From assembly GCF_006345805.1 (NCBI RefSeq), contig NC_043006.1, forward strand, positions 78,554,001 through 78,618,000: a stretch of DNA of 64,000 bases, written 5' to 3'. The DNA comes from Octopus sinensis (lineage: Eukaryota). Shown in pieces: positions 38,260-51,560 of the stretch. Position 1 is the stretch's first letter. Every line of letters begins with the position of its first letter. A model generated the notes under the pieces. The model saw nothing but the letters and a program-made list of their open reading frames with translations, searched no databases and was not told the DNA's origin. The position numbers and the translations under genes are program-made.

Positions 38260-38645
38260 GCACTGAGTCAATCCCACTCACTAAGCAACAGCAGCCATAA
38301 TCCGAAAAGTAGAACAAGTCAACATCATCGGTAACCACTGAGCCGCAGGTTTTATGACGGAGTTATCCCAGTTACCTGAGTTACCTTCTCCTAGAAGGAT
38401 GCCCTAACAAAGGCTAGGAGTTCTTCACTCCCAATGGTTTAACCGCGCGATCGGGTATTCAGTCCGATTATTTCTGTGTCGCCGCGCATGATACAGCCTT
38501 AAGACATTTATTGGATGGCCGTTGACTCTCAAGAATTCCTCCGCCCTCTGACAGGTTTTGTTTTTCATCCCGCAGGATGTTCAATAAACACCCTCCTCAC
38601 CAAGCAAGCTTGGTGGGGTTGCCGGTTTAGTTGCCGACGAGCCGA
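38260..38645 (-). mobile_element. Probable RTE-like LINE 5' UTR fragment
   Basis: Minus strand GGGCATCCTTCTAGGAGAAGGTAACTC..AAAACCT resembles RTE-type leaders; GC-richer than its flanks. Confidence 0.4.
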
Positions 38646-39325
38646 CTATGCATACATACATACATACATACATACATACATACATACATACATACGTAAT
38701 CTCTGGGACTGGCGGTTACGACGACCAGTTATCCAGTTGATCCGATTCAACCGAACAGCGTGCTCGTGATATTTAAGGTACAAGTGGCTGAGTGGCCCAC
38801 AGGCGCGCGTACTCTTAACTTAGTTCTCAGTGTGACAAAGAATGTAATAGGGCTGACCTTTTTGTGGTACAGGTAGCACCCATTTTTGCATGCTGAGTGG
38901 ACTGGAGCAATGTGAAGTAAAGTAACTTGCTCAAGCACACAACTGGCCGAAGTTGAACCCACAGCCTTGAATACACAAACCATATACTTTTACATCATGT
39001 AGGTATGTATATACACACGCACATACACACCTACAGGAAACTGAAAACCTGGTTCTTTAGAAATGAATTCCTTTGAATTAGTTGAAGATATTTCATAGTC
39101 ATTGAGAAATGACACTCCTTAAGAGCCATCAGTAGTGTAGGAAACTTAGTCATTTGCAACTTAGAAATCTGAAGCCAAACATGCCACTGTTTGCAAATTG
39201 CACTATATAAATTATTATAAATTATGACGTCAGAGTTTTCAAAAGAAATGTAGTGGGCGTCATTTGTAGCACTTCATTGAATCCAGGAAAAACTATCGAA
39301 ACATATATTTACTCCCCAACAATAT

Positions 39326-39548
39326 ATATTTCTTTACTACCACAAACATAGAGGGGACAAACAAGGACAGACAAAGGGATTAAATCGACTGCATCGACCC
39401 AGTGCTAAACTGGTACTATATTTATCGACCCCGAGAGGATGAAAGGCAAAGTCGACCTCGGCGGAATTTGAACTCAGAACGTAAAGACAGACGAAATACT
39501 GCTAAGCATTTCGCCCGGCGTGCTAACGTTTCTGCCAGCTCGCCGCCT
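39326..39548 (-). mobile_element. Full-length SINE family A with 20-bp TSD
   Basis: TSD TATTTACTCCCCAACAATAT at 39306-39325 and 39549-39568. Confidence 0.92.
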
Positions 39549-39699
39549 TATTTACTCCCCAACAATATGTTCCACAAAGAGATAGATCGGAGTGCAGCTC
39601 CAGAGTGTGCTCTAGCTCCACATTTACTACAGCATGATGAAAACATGTTGAATAATGATTTAGTATTTATGACATTTACATTTAAATCCTTTAAAGAGA

Positions 39700-40900
39700 C
39701 ACACTTCGTTCATCATTTAGGAATATCACAAACGTTTCTACTGCTTCTTTCTTCAATACTTTCCAGTAGATGTGATCAAGGTGTAACTGGAAAAGCTTAC
39801 TATTAACACCTCTCAGCTTCTTTTGGCCTACAACCATGGTCGCTCAAATACTTGCGTGTGTGCTACTGTTACAGGATTGGCATAATGCTCTTGATGGTTC
39901 ATTGTAAGATGGCGATAACCCGTTGCAGTTACATTACCATATAAAGGCCACTGAACCACTGAACCATTTTCAAAATCTCGTTCAATGACTGGTCATAAGG
40001 TGCTTCTTCGAAGCCGTTCCACATAATAGTGTCGACAGTCAGAGCCTTGTTTCAGATCAAAGACCATCAATTCTACGTTTACAGTTCCTGTTGCTTTGTG
40101 CATTTACATGACTTTGTTCAGAGAGAGGAGCATTGTTACCATTTAGTATACCCCTATGGTTGTATTTCCGTCGACCAGCAGAACTTGTCTCTTCAATTTG
40201 AATAGGGTCATCATTTCTACTCTAGGCACAAGGCCCGAAATTTTGGGGGAAGGAGCCAGTCGATTAGATCTACCCCAGTACGCAAATGATACTTAGTTTA
40301 TCGACCCCGAAAGAATGAAAAGTAAAGTTGACCTCGGCGGAATTTGAACTCAGAACGTAAAGACACGAAATACAGCTAAGCATTTCGCCCGGTGTGCTAA
40401 CGTTTCTGCCAGATCGCCGCCTTTCGAATAGGGTTATCATTTGTTTCAACCATCTTACCTTACTAACGAACAGAAATTATGGTTTCCCCCACCTCTCGGT
40501 ACATATTATATGAGTGAATTAACATATTTGAAGGCATTCCTGTTAGAATCACTACTGTATTCACAGGTATTTCCATTACAAAAAAGTAAAGAAAAATACA
40601 ACTTCTGAAGTTCCACAAAAACTAAAATTGCAGTGTAATTTGTTGATGTCTGTATAATGAAAAAATGAGTTTATTTTTTCGAAGAGAGCGTGAAGTTTGG
40701 CACCCCTTTCGGGAACAACAAACTCCATGTTTGCATTTTCCGCCTCTGCCACGCTTTCATTTTCCTTTCATAAAACTACCACATTAATGACAAGGGTTTG
40801 CTACTGGTGGTGTATCCAGAATATTGTTTTCCGTAAAAATGCAACTGTTGCTTCCTCTATCAAAATGACGAGTCTCTGGATACTTTTAACATAATTGCAA
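39700..40900 (-). mobile_element. Decayed Merlin (ISXO2/IS1016-like) transposase, interrupted by a family A SINE (40217-40425)
   Basis: Minus-strand remnants: RRKYNHRG; HLTMNHQEHYANPVTVAHTQVFERPW; N-terminal Zn-ribbon C..CG..CCSRKGCQTSRSLRKN. Confidence 0.7.
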
Positions 40901-40986
40901 TGGGGAACATGTATTATACTCGTATTATCGGTTTCCTTTTGAGCAGGACACTGATACAGGTGTTAGTTGATTGCTCTTTTACATAG

Positions 40987-41028
40987 ACTGGCCAGAAACG
41001 CTCACATCAACAATGCAGATAAACGCAG
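40987..41028 (+). CDS. Possible 42-nt exon of the plus-strand gene
   Basis: Acceptor CTTTTACATAG, donor CAG|GTAATA; open in phases 1 and 2; linkage unproven. Confidence 0.3.
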
Positions 41029-41458
41029 GTAATAAGTTCATATTATGAAAAGTCACAAAATCAGCTGAGATCTCAGTAAAGAAATCAGATAATTTCACAG
41101 CGTAGAGTATGGATCATGTGGTAGACCGCACCGGAATTAGCACCTAGTTTGAGTTACACTTCCAAGCATACACTTCTCAAATTAATGCAGGGCTTCTGAC
41201 GTGACAATCAAGATTTAGATAACCCGACTTTTGTACTGACTTGATTTACAGTGTAATAACGAAGTATTATCCTTTAACTATCAGGTGTTTCGCTTTCACT
41301 ACCAGTATATTAGATCATTAAAGACTGACTTTTTTCATCAGAAATAAAGGATATCTTAGTTTCCATCAAATAGTAATTCTCAATATGATCAGATCAAACC
41401 ACAAAGTAAAATTGATACCTTATCAGGAAAGTGATTTTGTTACACATGGCGGTAATCA

Positions 41459-41605
41459 GACACAGGAGTGGCTGTGTGGTAAGTGGCTTGCTTACCAACC
41501 ACATGGTTTCGGGTTCAGTTCCACTTCGTGGTACCTTGGGCAAGTGTCTTCTACTATAGCCTCGGGCCGACCAAAGCCTTGTGAGTGGATTTGGTAGACA
41601 GAAAC

Positions 41606-41664
<59 letters not shown>

Positions 41665-41895
41665 TGTGTGTGTGTGTTTGTGTGTTTGTGTGTTTGTGTT
41701 TGTCCATTCAGCATCGCTTGACAACCGATGCTGGTGTGTTTACGTCCCTGTAACTTACCGGTTCGGCAAAAGAGACCGATAGAATAAGTACTAGGCTTCC
41801 AACGAATAAGTCCTGGAGTCGATTTGCTAGACTAAAGGTGGTGCTCCAGCATGACCGCAGTCAAATGACTGAAACAAGTAAAAGAGTAAAAGAGA
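41459..41895 (+). mobile_element. SINE family B, full length
   Basis: Head, internal (TG)n and tail all present. Confidence 0.88.
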
Positions 41896-42189
41896 AAGTA
41901 AAAAAGAATCTAGATAGTATCCAAAAAAATTGTCCGCGCAGCGCATTATCATGGGTTGGACTCGTACCAACTTCACTCAAGAGTAACTGCTTCTTCACTC
42001 TCATCTCCTCCTCAACTCACCTACATTGTGCTCATACATGGTGCTAACAACTAAACCCTGTCCTTCATTTCCAGAATATCAAGCCCTCTAGAAATCCATT
42101 ACTACTGTCGTCGACTTGCAGATAATCAAACGGAATCTTACCAGCGTCGATCTAGAATGGCAATAACCAGAGCTTTTTTTTTTCGCCTG

Positions 42190-42495
42190 AGCAAAAACAA
42201 AAAACCTGACATTGTGATTTGGGATAGAGAAGACAAACAGTATACAGTATACAGCTGCCAAGCGGATGTTAACATAAAGCTAAAGATCAACGCTGAATTA
42301 TTGAGAAATCTACAGTTAATCTAACAGATTACCAGTTCAGGCTTACACCTGTAGTTATTGGAGCACTGGGATGTGTAGCGCACTAAGTACCAGTCTTGAG
42401 AAAAACCAGAGAGCAGAAAGCTGATTCGAAGACTACAGATCCAGACCATCACTGAAACTATAAAAACCTGAAAAACTTTCCAAAAGTTTATCATT
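42190..42495 (+). mobile_element. Dong/R4-type LINE restriction-like endonuclease and 3' end remnant
   Basis: KPDIVIWDRE, PVVIGALG, KLIRRLQIQTIT. Confidence 0.7.
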
Positions 42496-43212
42496 TAAGT
42501 ATATATGCGCATGTCTAGCCATGCAACTATATGCACGTGAATATATAAAAGAAGACACAAATATGCACATGCACTAACTCCAAATACTGCACATATACAC
42601 AAGTACATGAAAAAATACCCTGTTGATGTTGTTAAAATTCCAATGAAGGAGCCCTAGATATAGGTTAGAAACCGACCCCTTCACTAACGGCTAGAAATCT
42701 TCAAATAAAACTGAATAATGACATACATAATGCATACATATGTGCATGTATACCTGTGTATATATATGTGTGTGTGTGTGTGTGTATACACCATACGGGT
42801 AAAAGGGTAAAGACCCCCTTCGGTCATGAATGACCATGGAATTGCACCTAGAAAGTTACCCTCCTAGACACAAGTCCGGGCAAGGTTGTTTATGGAAGAC
42901 CAGCAGTCGCCCATGCATACCAGCCTCCCCTCTCCACGCCACCAGTGTTATCCAAGGGAAAGACAAAGGTCGATACAGCTTGGTACCAGTGACGTCGCAA
43001 CTCATTTCTACAGCTGAGTGAACTGGAGCAACGTGAAATAAAGTGCCTTGCTCAAGAACACAATACGCAGCCCGGTCCGGGATTCGAGCTCACAACCTCA
43101 CGATCGTAAGCTCGACGCTCTAACCACTGAGCCATACACCATACCCACACATACATATATATACATATGTATATATATACACATATAGATACACACATAT
43201 ATATATATATGC

Positions 43213-43256
<44 letters not shown>

Positions 43257-43791
43257 GTGCATGAATGTATATATAAATGAATACAGATATACTCATACAT
43301 ACATACATATACATACGTATAGGTGAACAATGGAGAGTAGCATTCGAAGTGATTTGTAATTTAATATATATTAAATGTGTGTGTGAGAGAGAGGGATGGA
43401 GAAAGAGAGAGAGAGAGAGAGAGAGGGGGGGTGAGACGAAACTAAAATTAGTTTTAAATACTCACATTGAGCTACAATAGAGCAAAAGTTTTATAAGAGA
43501 CTAATAAGAATGTTGGAAAAATAAATAGATATACAAATAAATACATAAATAATGACAGCAACAACAACAGTAATAATAATGGCAACGCATTTGAAGAGAA
43601 AAAGAAAAACTACTAATGTAATATTTAGTCACCACCCATCAGGATAAAAGTTAAGATTTAATTGTAAAATACATAAACCAAAGGTAATTGGAGATGTAAA
43701 GTGATTGCATGACTAACACAAAAGACTAATACAAAAAAGGTCGCAACTGAGCCGCTAACTAACCAGACGTTGTCCTTTTGTATTATATTAG

Positions 43792-43892
43792 CAAAGAAAA
43801 ATATTATGGATGGAAAGGGGATTTTGATGTAATGGATCCCGAAAACCTAATACCTATTATTCTTATGACAAAGTTGTGCATAACACAGAGAG
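43792..43892 (+). CDS. Possible exon (KEKYYGWKGDFDVMDPENLIPIILMTKLCITQR)
   Basis: Acceptor TTATATTAG, donor AG|GTATGC, open in phase 2-1; linkage unproven. Confidence 0.35.
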
Positions 43893-43943
43893 GTATGCAA
43901 GAACGCAGTGGAGCAAATCTATTGTCATTGATACTGTAACGGA

Positions 43944-44586
<643 letters not shown>

Positions 44587-45370
44587 ACGAAACTTCGATG
44601 TCGATGACGGCGACTATTAAGACTATTGACACTGCCACTAGCTGTTCTTTTCAGCATGGTTATACTTGATGTGAGGGCGCATGACCTAGAAGTTAAAGTG
44701 ACGGACTCACGATCGCTTTATTTAGGTTTATTAATTACCGAGAAGAAATACGACTCTCTGAATTCCTTGTTTTGGCTAAATTGCATGTAAACGATGCTTA
44801 CAATGTTCAGTTGCCCAGAAAATGCTGTGCTGACTATTCGCAGAATTGTTGGTTCCATGGACTATAGAATACTATCTAATTAATTTCTATCTTTTATTTG
44901 TTTCATTCATTAGATTGAGGCCATGCTGGGGTGGGGTGGGGACGCCTTGAAAATGTTTTAGTCGAATGAATTAAGCCCAGTACTTGTGCTTCTAAGCCTA
45001 GTACCTATTCAATCGCTCTGTTTTGCCGAACTGCTAAGTTACGGAGACGTGAACACACCATCACCTGTGAAATACAGACACAAAGACACAGACGCCAATA
45101 TATACACACATATGTATATTCTTTCAGTTCCCCTTTATCAAGTTCACTCTCAGGTCTTTGGTCGGTCGGCGGCTATAGTAGAAGGCACTTTCCCAAGATG
45201 CAACGCAGTGGAGTTGAATCGAAGACCATGTTCTTATGAAGTAAACTTTTTCCCATACAGCTACGACTGCACCTAAATGAAAGTAAATAAATTTGCAGCC
45301 TAGTATCATATTTCGCTGTCAATGTTTTTCATTAGATTCATGCGTCTCTTTTTCCCAAAATAATGTCATA

Positions 45371-45735
45371 TAGGCGCAGGAGTGGCTGTGTGGTAAGTAG
45401 CTTGCTAACCAACCACATGGTTCCGGGTTCAGTCCCACTGCGTGGCACCTTGGGCAAGTGTCTTCTGCTATAGCCCCGGGCCGACCAATGCCTTGTGAGT
45501 GGATTTGGTAGACGGAAACTGAAAAGAAGCCTGTCGTATATATGTATATATATGTATGTGTGTGTGTGTTTGTGTTTGTCCCCCTAGCATTGCTTGACAA
45601 CCGATGCTGGTGTGCTTATGTCCCCGTTACTTGGCGGTTCGGCAAAAGAGACCGATAGAATAAGTACTAAAGGCGGTGCCCCAGCATGGCCGCAGTCAAA
45701 TGACTGAAACAAGTAAAAGAGTAAAAGAGAGAGTA
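45371..45735 (+). mobile_element. SINE family B, full length
   Basis: GGCGCAGGAGTGGCTGTGTGG..GAAACAAGTAAAAGAGTAAAAG. Confidence 0.9.
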
Positions 45736-45759
45736 AGCATAATTATTCGAATTTTTTCG

Positions 45760-46610
45760 ATCGGTAATTTTTTACCAATATCTGTTGATTTGATTTGGAG
45801 CTAAAACGAAATGATGAAACTGCCAAATTCAAGTCCATACTTGTTGCAAAGTATCCAATGGACAATCCTTGCTATATTGTCATGACGTCTCTTATATTTT
45901 TTCTGAGCTTGTGTCGTACATTGACTGGTAATATGCCATACAGTTTCACCATTTTGTCCAGAAATTCTGCACTAATCACCTTCTGATGTGTTGTCTATTC
46001 TGTATTTGATGTAATTCGTTCTTAATACTTGCTCTTGGGTAGCACAGATTAGAGCCTCCGTTTCCGGTTTTAAATCACTTTTAGTCATCTATAGCCATCT
46101 GTTTTCTCTGTTTGTCTTATATTCAACATCTCTATGAAATTGTCCATGCATTCTTTTCTTCATCCACCTATTTTCAGTTTCATTCATTCTCAAGTGCTTG
46201 TACAGTGCTTTATCTTTGCAATCTTCCATCCTACACAAGCCTGACATTTGCACTTTCAATAATAGCGGTTCTGTGACATTCTTTACATACAATGCTGTGT
46301 TGCTTTCTTCTGCTCTAATGCGCTGTTCACATCCAGTCAGACCCCTTCCCTCTCTTTTTCTTGGTACATACAGTCTGTCTGTATCACTTTTTGGGTGGAA
46401 TATCCCATATCCAGTCAGCAACTTCCTTGTCTTTCTAAGTTGTTTAGTTCGTCTACTGTCCATGCGATTACCCCCGCTCCATATCTAAGGAGTGAAATCG
46501 CCCAGGTGTTAATAGCATCAATCTTATTCCGTCTGTTTAATTTCGTCTTAAGAATCAGTCTCAGTCTACGCAAGTACTCCACCTTAATTTTTTCCGTCAT
46601 TTCGAACTCT
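45760..46610 (-). mobile_element. Dong/R4-type LINE fragment (RT C-terminus to Zn/RLE region)
   Basis: YLRRLRLILKTKLN..AINTWA, HPKSDTDRLYVPRKREGRGL, MHGQF. Confidence 0.88.
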
Positions 46611-46799
46611 ACTTCTGTAGTTTCACAAGTAGGGCCAGCAATGATGGGTCTAAGTTTGAGGTCAGTAGGCTTGGGAAATCTTTATATTTGGAGTTGCAGG
46701 CAAAAGCAATAAAAATTTGTGGGGAGCCAAAACAACGAACCATTGTATCCTGTGTCTGTTTCTGTATGTACTGAAGCTCAACATTTAACTCTCTCTTTT

Positions 46800-47212
46800 A
46801 CTCTTTTACTCTTTTAATTGTTTCAGTCGTTTGACTGTGGCCATGCTGGAGCACCGCCTTTAGTCGAGCAAATCGACCCCAGGACTTATTCTTTGTAAGC
46901 CTAGTACTTATTCTATCGATCTCTTTTTGCCCAACTGCTAAGTGATGGCGACGTAAACACACCAGCATCGGTTGTCAAGCGATGGTGGGGGGACAAACAC
47001 AGACACACAAACATATACACACACATACATACATATATACATATATATACGACATGCTTCTTTCAGTTTCCGTCTACCAAATCCACTCACAAGGCTTTGG
47101 TTGGCCCGAGGCTATAGTAGAAGACACTTGCCCAAGATGCCACGCAGTGGGACTGAACCTGGAACCATGTGGTTGGTAAGCAAGCTACTTACCATACAGC
47201 CACTCCTGCACC
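46800..47212 (-). mobile_element. SINE family B, full length
   Basis: Reverse-complement copy. Confidence 0.88.
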
Positions 47213-48093
47213 TATGAATAAACTGTGAATAAAGAATGCAGAGTTGACCAGGTTTTCTTGCAGCTATACCAATATTTTATTACATCTAAGGCGGTGAGCT
47301 AGCAGAATCGTTAGCACGCCGGATAAAGAAATTTAGCAGCATTTCGTTCATCTTTATGTTTTGAGCTCAAATTCTAACGAGGTCGATTTTCGCCTTCCAT
47401 CCTTTCATGGTTGATAAAATAAGTACCGGTTGAGCATTGGTGTCGATACAATTAACTTGACCTCCTCCCCCGAATTTGCCGGCCTTGTGCCAAAATTTGA
47501 AACCAATATTTTATGACATCTAAGGCTGTGAGCTGGCAGAATCGTCAGCAGCGTTTCGTCTCTCTTTACATTCCCAGTTCAAATTCTGTTGAAGTCCTGT
47601 TTGCATTTCATCCTTTCGTGTTGAGCACTTGGGTCGACGTAATCAACTAGCCTCCTCTTTCTGAAATTTCAAGTTTTGTGCCTATAGTAGAAATTATTAT
47701 TAATTACACGTCGTAAATTCATATAAGACCCTACTTTCTGCTCTTTTTTTGATGAGTTCTAATGTAGCACAGTTTCTCAGATTATTTTATTAACAAATAG
47801 CTACATCGCAAACTGAAAACAGTGAGTTTGATTTCGATGTGGGTAGTGCAATGAAATTTCTCAAACAATGGAATAATAGGCACGTAAGATTCCAAACAGT
47901 TAATGCCTCTAAGATTCCTTTCTCAAGGTATTTGTGAACATAGGCTATGACAGAAGACACGGTGTCACACAATGAAGTCTAACCCAGAAACGTGTGGGTA
48001 CATAAAATAACAGAAAGAACAAAAATACCATCTTCGCATGTTTTTATTAGTTCAATATTAAACCAAACAATAAAATAAGACGATCTGGTCCCC

Positions 48094-48401
48094 CTACTCA
48101 TAACGTGAAATACGAAACAGTGTCTCTGTATCTAAAAATCTGTAAGATTTTAGAAATTCTCCTAATATAAATTGACTTTGAAATGGATATTTTGCTACGG
48201 CACTTTGAAAGCGCAACAGTATGTTTGTTGGCAGATCTGCATAAATACAAATATCATTTCCACAAAAGGGACAATTCCAGAAATCGATATAAGACCACCG
48301 TAATTTTCTGTCATCATCGAAATATTTCGCATGTTCTTGTGCATGGGAGTTGCTGTTTTGATTAAAGTTGTAGAACTCGTCCTCCTCATAATCCCATAAA
48401 C
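48094..48401 (-). CDS. RasGEF-domain gene terminal exon (..SYIDFW..LLRFQSAVAKYPF..EFL..ETLFRISRYE*)
   Basis: Acceptor TCTTGTAG, phase 1 entry, 102 codons to TAG; matches the CDC25 C-terminal FQ..Y..L..EL+.+S pattern. Confidence 0.8.
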
Positions 48402-48584
48402 CTACAAGATAGATTTAAAGAATTAAACATGCGTAGCTGTGTAGTAAGAAGCTTGCTTCCCAACCGCATGGTTCCGGGTTCAGTTTCACTGCGTAGCACC
48501 ATAGGCAAGCATCTTCTGCCATAGCCTCGGGCCGACCAAAGCCTTGTGAGTGGATTTGGTAGATGGAAACTGCGAGAATCCCGT

Positions 48585-48652
<68 letters not shown>

Positions 48653-48987
48653 CATCTATGTATGTATTTATGTGTTTGTGCCTGTGTTTGTCGCTTCACA
48701 ACCGATGTCGGTGTGTTTATGTCCCCGTAGGCTAGCGGTTCGGCAAAAGAGACCGATAGAATAAGTACTAGTCTTACAAAGAATAAATCCTGGGGTGGAT
48801 TTGTTCGACGAAAACCTCTTAAGGTGGTGCCCGAGCTTGGCCGCAGTCAAATGACTGAAACAAATGAGAAAATAAAAGAACGTGTCAACAGCCTCATGCT
48901 TTCGCTGAATATATTTCAGAAGGCATGGTCGAGTAGGGAAGTTAGATTTGCAAACGACATACTTCCAAGCTGGATTGTACAGTGAAG

Positions 48988-49343
48988 TATGTTCGGCAAG
49001 TATTTTTACTTTACCCTTGTGTTGGGTGATGTTTCCCGGTGCAGTCTTAGTATGCATAACTTGTGCACAACACCGTCGAAAAAAAAGTTCGTTTCTGTTT
49101 TTATGTTTTCGTTTCTCATTGTGTTCAACGTTTTTATGATGTCCTGTACATACCTACATATATATGTATATATACATGCATAAATGGGTACAGGACATCA
49201 TAAAAACGTTGAACACAATGAGAAACGAAAACATAAAAACAGCAACGAACTTTTTTTTCGACGGTGTTATGCACAAGTTATGCATACTAAGACTGCACCG
49301 GAAAACATCACCCAACACAAGGGTAAAGTAAAAATACTTGCCG

Positions 49344-49349
<6 letters not shown>
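48988..49349. mobile_element. TA-adjacent fold-back element with ~162-bp arms (48988-49149 / 49188-49349)
   Basis: Near-identical mirrored ORF translations in the track; 38-nt microsatellite spacer. Confidence 0.9.
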
Positions 49350-49421
<72 letters not shown>

Positions 49422-49425
49422 ATGC

Positions 49426-49487
<62 letters not shown>

Positions 49488-49490
49488 ATA

Positions 49491-50706
49491 TTGGGTTTGG
49501 CAAGAAAGTTATTTCAGTTTTTTAGTGTGGAAGTCATTTTTTCGTACAAAGAATGAACTTTAATCAATTATATATTTTCCATTTTGTTTGATGACCTTTT
49601 GCCATCTTTCGGACAACTTCATGATTCCATACTCATAGGACTTCTAATCATTATCAGCCAAAAACTGAAGCAAGTGCGATTTCAGGTCATCATCATTATC
49701 GAAAGTTTTACCATCCAAAGAATTTTGCAAACTTCGAAATAAATGGTAATCTGATGGTGCAAGGTCAGGGCTATATGGTCGATGTGACATCACTTCCTAA
49801 CCAAGCTCCAGTCATTTTTCATGAGTTAGCAAAAACGTGTGTGGTCAAGCGTAGTCATTTTGGAACACGATTCCTTTACCATTTGCCAATTCTGGCCATT
49901 TTTATTTGATTGCTTCCTCCAGTTTCAGTAGTTGTTGACAGTAAATATCTGACAGCATGACCTTTACTTGAATCAATTCAGCTTTCGATGTGATTTGTGC
50001 TGGTTCATTGCGCTTGAACCATGATTGTTTTCGATTGATGCTATTGTAGACAACCCTTTTTTTTTGATCACTAGTGATGATTCGTTTCAAGACAAAGTCG
50101 ATTTCATTGCATTTGAAATGCATATCGCAAATATTAATTCGTTGTATTAAGTGAATCTCTTTCAATTTATGTAGAACCCAAATATCGAACTTCTTAACTA
50201 GTCCAATACATTTTAAGTGATTTTCAATTGTTATGTGATACACTTAACCTCTCTGCAATCTCTCGCACAGTTATATGACAATCGGATTCAATTATGGCTT
50301 TCATTCGGTCATCATCAACTTCAGTAGATCGACCAGAATGTTGGTCATCTTTGAGTGAAAATTCCTCAAAACAGAATTTTTAAAACCATTTCTGACATGT
50401 ACATTCTTTTATGCAATCAACACCGTAAACTTCACATATCTCTTTGTGAGAGTCTGCAGCTTTCTTTTCTTTACGGAAATAAAAAAAAAAGCAAAATATG
50501 GTGGAAATGTTTGTTTTTGCACTTCATGATAAAAATGAGACTGAATTAATAGCTGTAAACAAAGTTACACGCAATTTGCCTCGAAAGTAAGCTAAAAGTA
50601 ACGACTATAAAATGTCAAAAGAAAAAAAATCATGACGTTCACAAAAGTCATTTTAAAAAATCGTAACTCTATTTGCGAAAAGCGAAATTACTTTCTTGCC
50701 AATCAA
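49491..50706 (-). mobile_element. Decayed mariner transposon (~1.2 kb)
   Basis: TIR core GGCAAGAAAGT(T/A)ATTTC at both ends; TA at the left end; HFHHILLF..FRKEKKAA..EICEVYG and KFDIWVLHKL..KRIITSD motifs. Confidence 0.88.
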
Positions 50707-51054
50707 GAATACATCTATTGGGGGGGGGGGATATATGTATGTGTGAGTGTGACAGAGAAAGAGAGGGGGTGACCGCTTTAAAAAGCCATTTTCAATTTTA
50801 TAATTGGGATCAGATTTTTTTTTAAGAGCATTTCTTTATTTATATTCCAGACAGCTCATGCATACAGATATACGTAAACTATGAGATTGTATTTACAGAT
50901 GATAGGCATAATTCCACACAGATAATTCATACACATATGTATCAAACTCGGTGAGTTTTCAGGATTCGATTTTATCATGCTCCTGACGTATAATATTGCA
51001 TCAAAAATATTTTTATATTCTGCCAGAGAAATATGAAGGAAGCTATGTTCTTAC

Positions 51055-51118
51055 CTTCATAGCTTGATCTTGATGCTGGCTTGCTTTTCATCTTCCCAGT
51101 TTTCCACGAGTTCATTTT
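51055..51118 (-). CDS. RasGEF-domain gene exon (KMNSWKTGKMKSKPASRSSYE)
   Basis: Acceptor TAATAG, donor AAG|GTAAGA, 64 nt, open only in phase 0-1. Confidence 0.75.
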
Positions 51119-51120
51119 CT

Positions 51121-51161
<41 letters not shown>

Positions 51162-51393
51162 TCGTTTAAAATTTTTGCCACAGGGGTAGCAATTTTGGTG
51201 AGGGGGTTAAGTCGATTAAATTGACACCAGTGTTCAACTGGTACTTATTTTATCAACCCAGAAAGGATGAAAGGCGAAGTCGACCTCGGCGGAATTTGAG
51301 GCCAGAACGTAGCGCCAGATGAAATACAGCAAAGAATTTCGCCTGGCATGCTAACGATTCTGCAGCTCATCGCCTTTAATAAAAATAATGATG

Positions 51394-51436
<43 letters not shown>

Positions 51437-51454
51437 TGATGGATAGAGAAAATA

Positions 51455-51560
51455 GGCATAAAACCCGTTTGAATACAGCTCCAGAAAACAGTGTTATTAG
51501 AGACAGCTAGGATACTTAGACGGGTTCTTGGCCTCTAAGGTTACTTGTTGTAGTCCTATG
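51455..51560 (+). mobile_element. Dong/R4-type 3' end fragment within (TAA)n
   Basis: LQKTVLLETARILRRVL*; (AAT)n tracts on both sides. Confidence 0.7.

Noticed and set aside
45371-45450. tRNA-like heads of SINE families A, B and C as tRNA genes
   Set aside because: They show A/B-box-like motifs only, no complete cloverleaf, and continue into SINE bodies.
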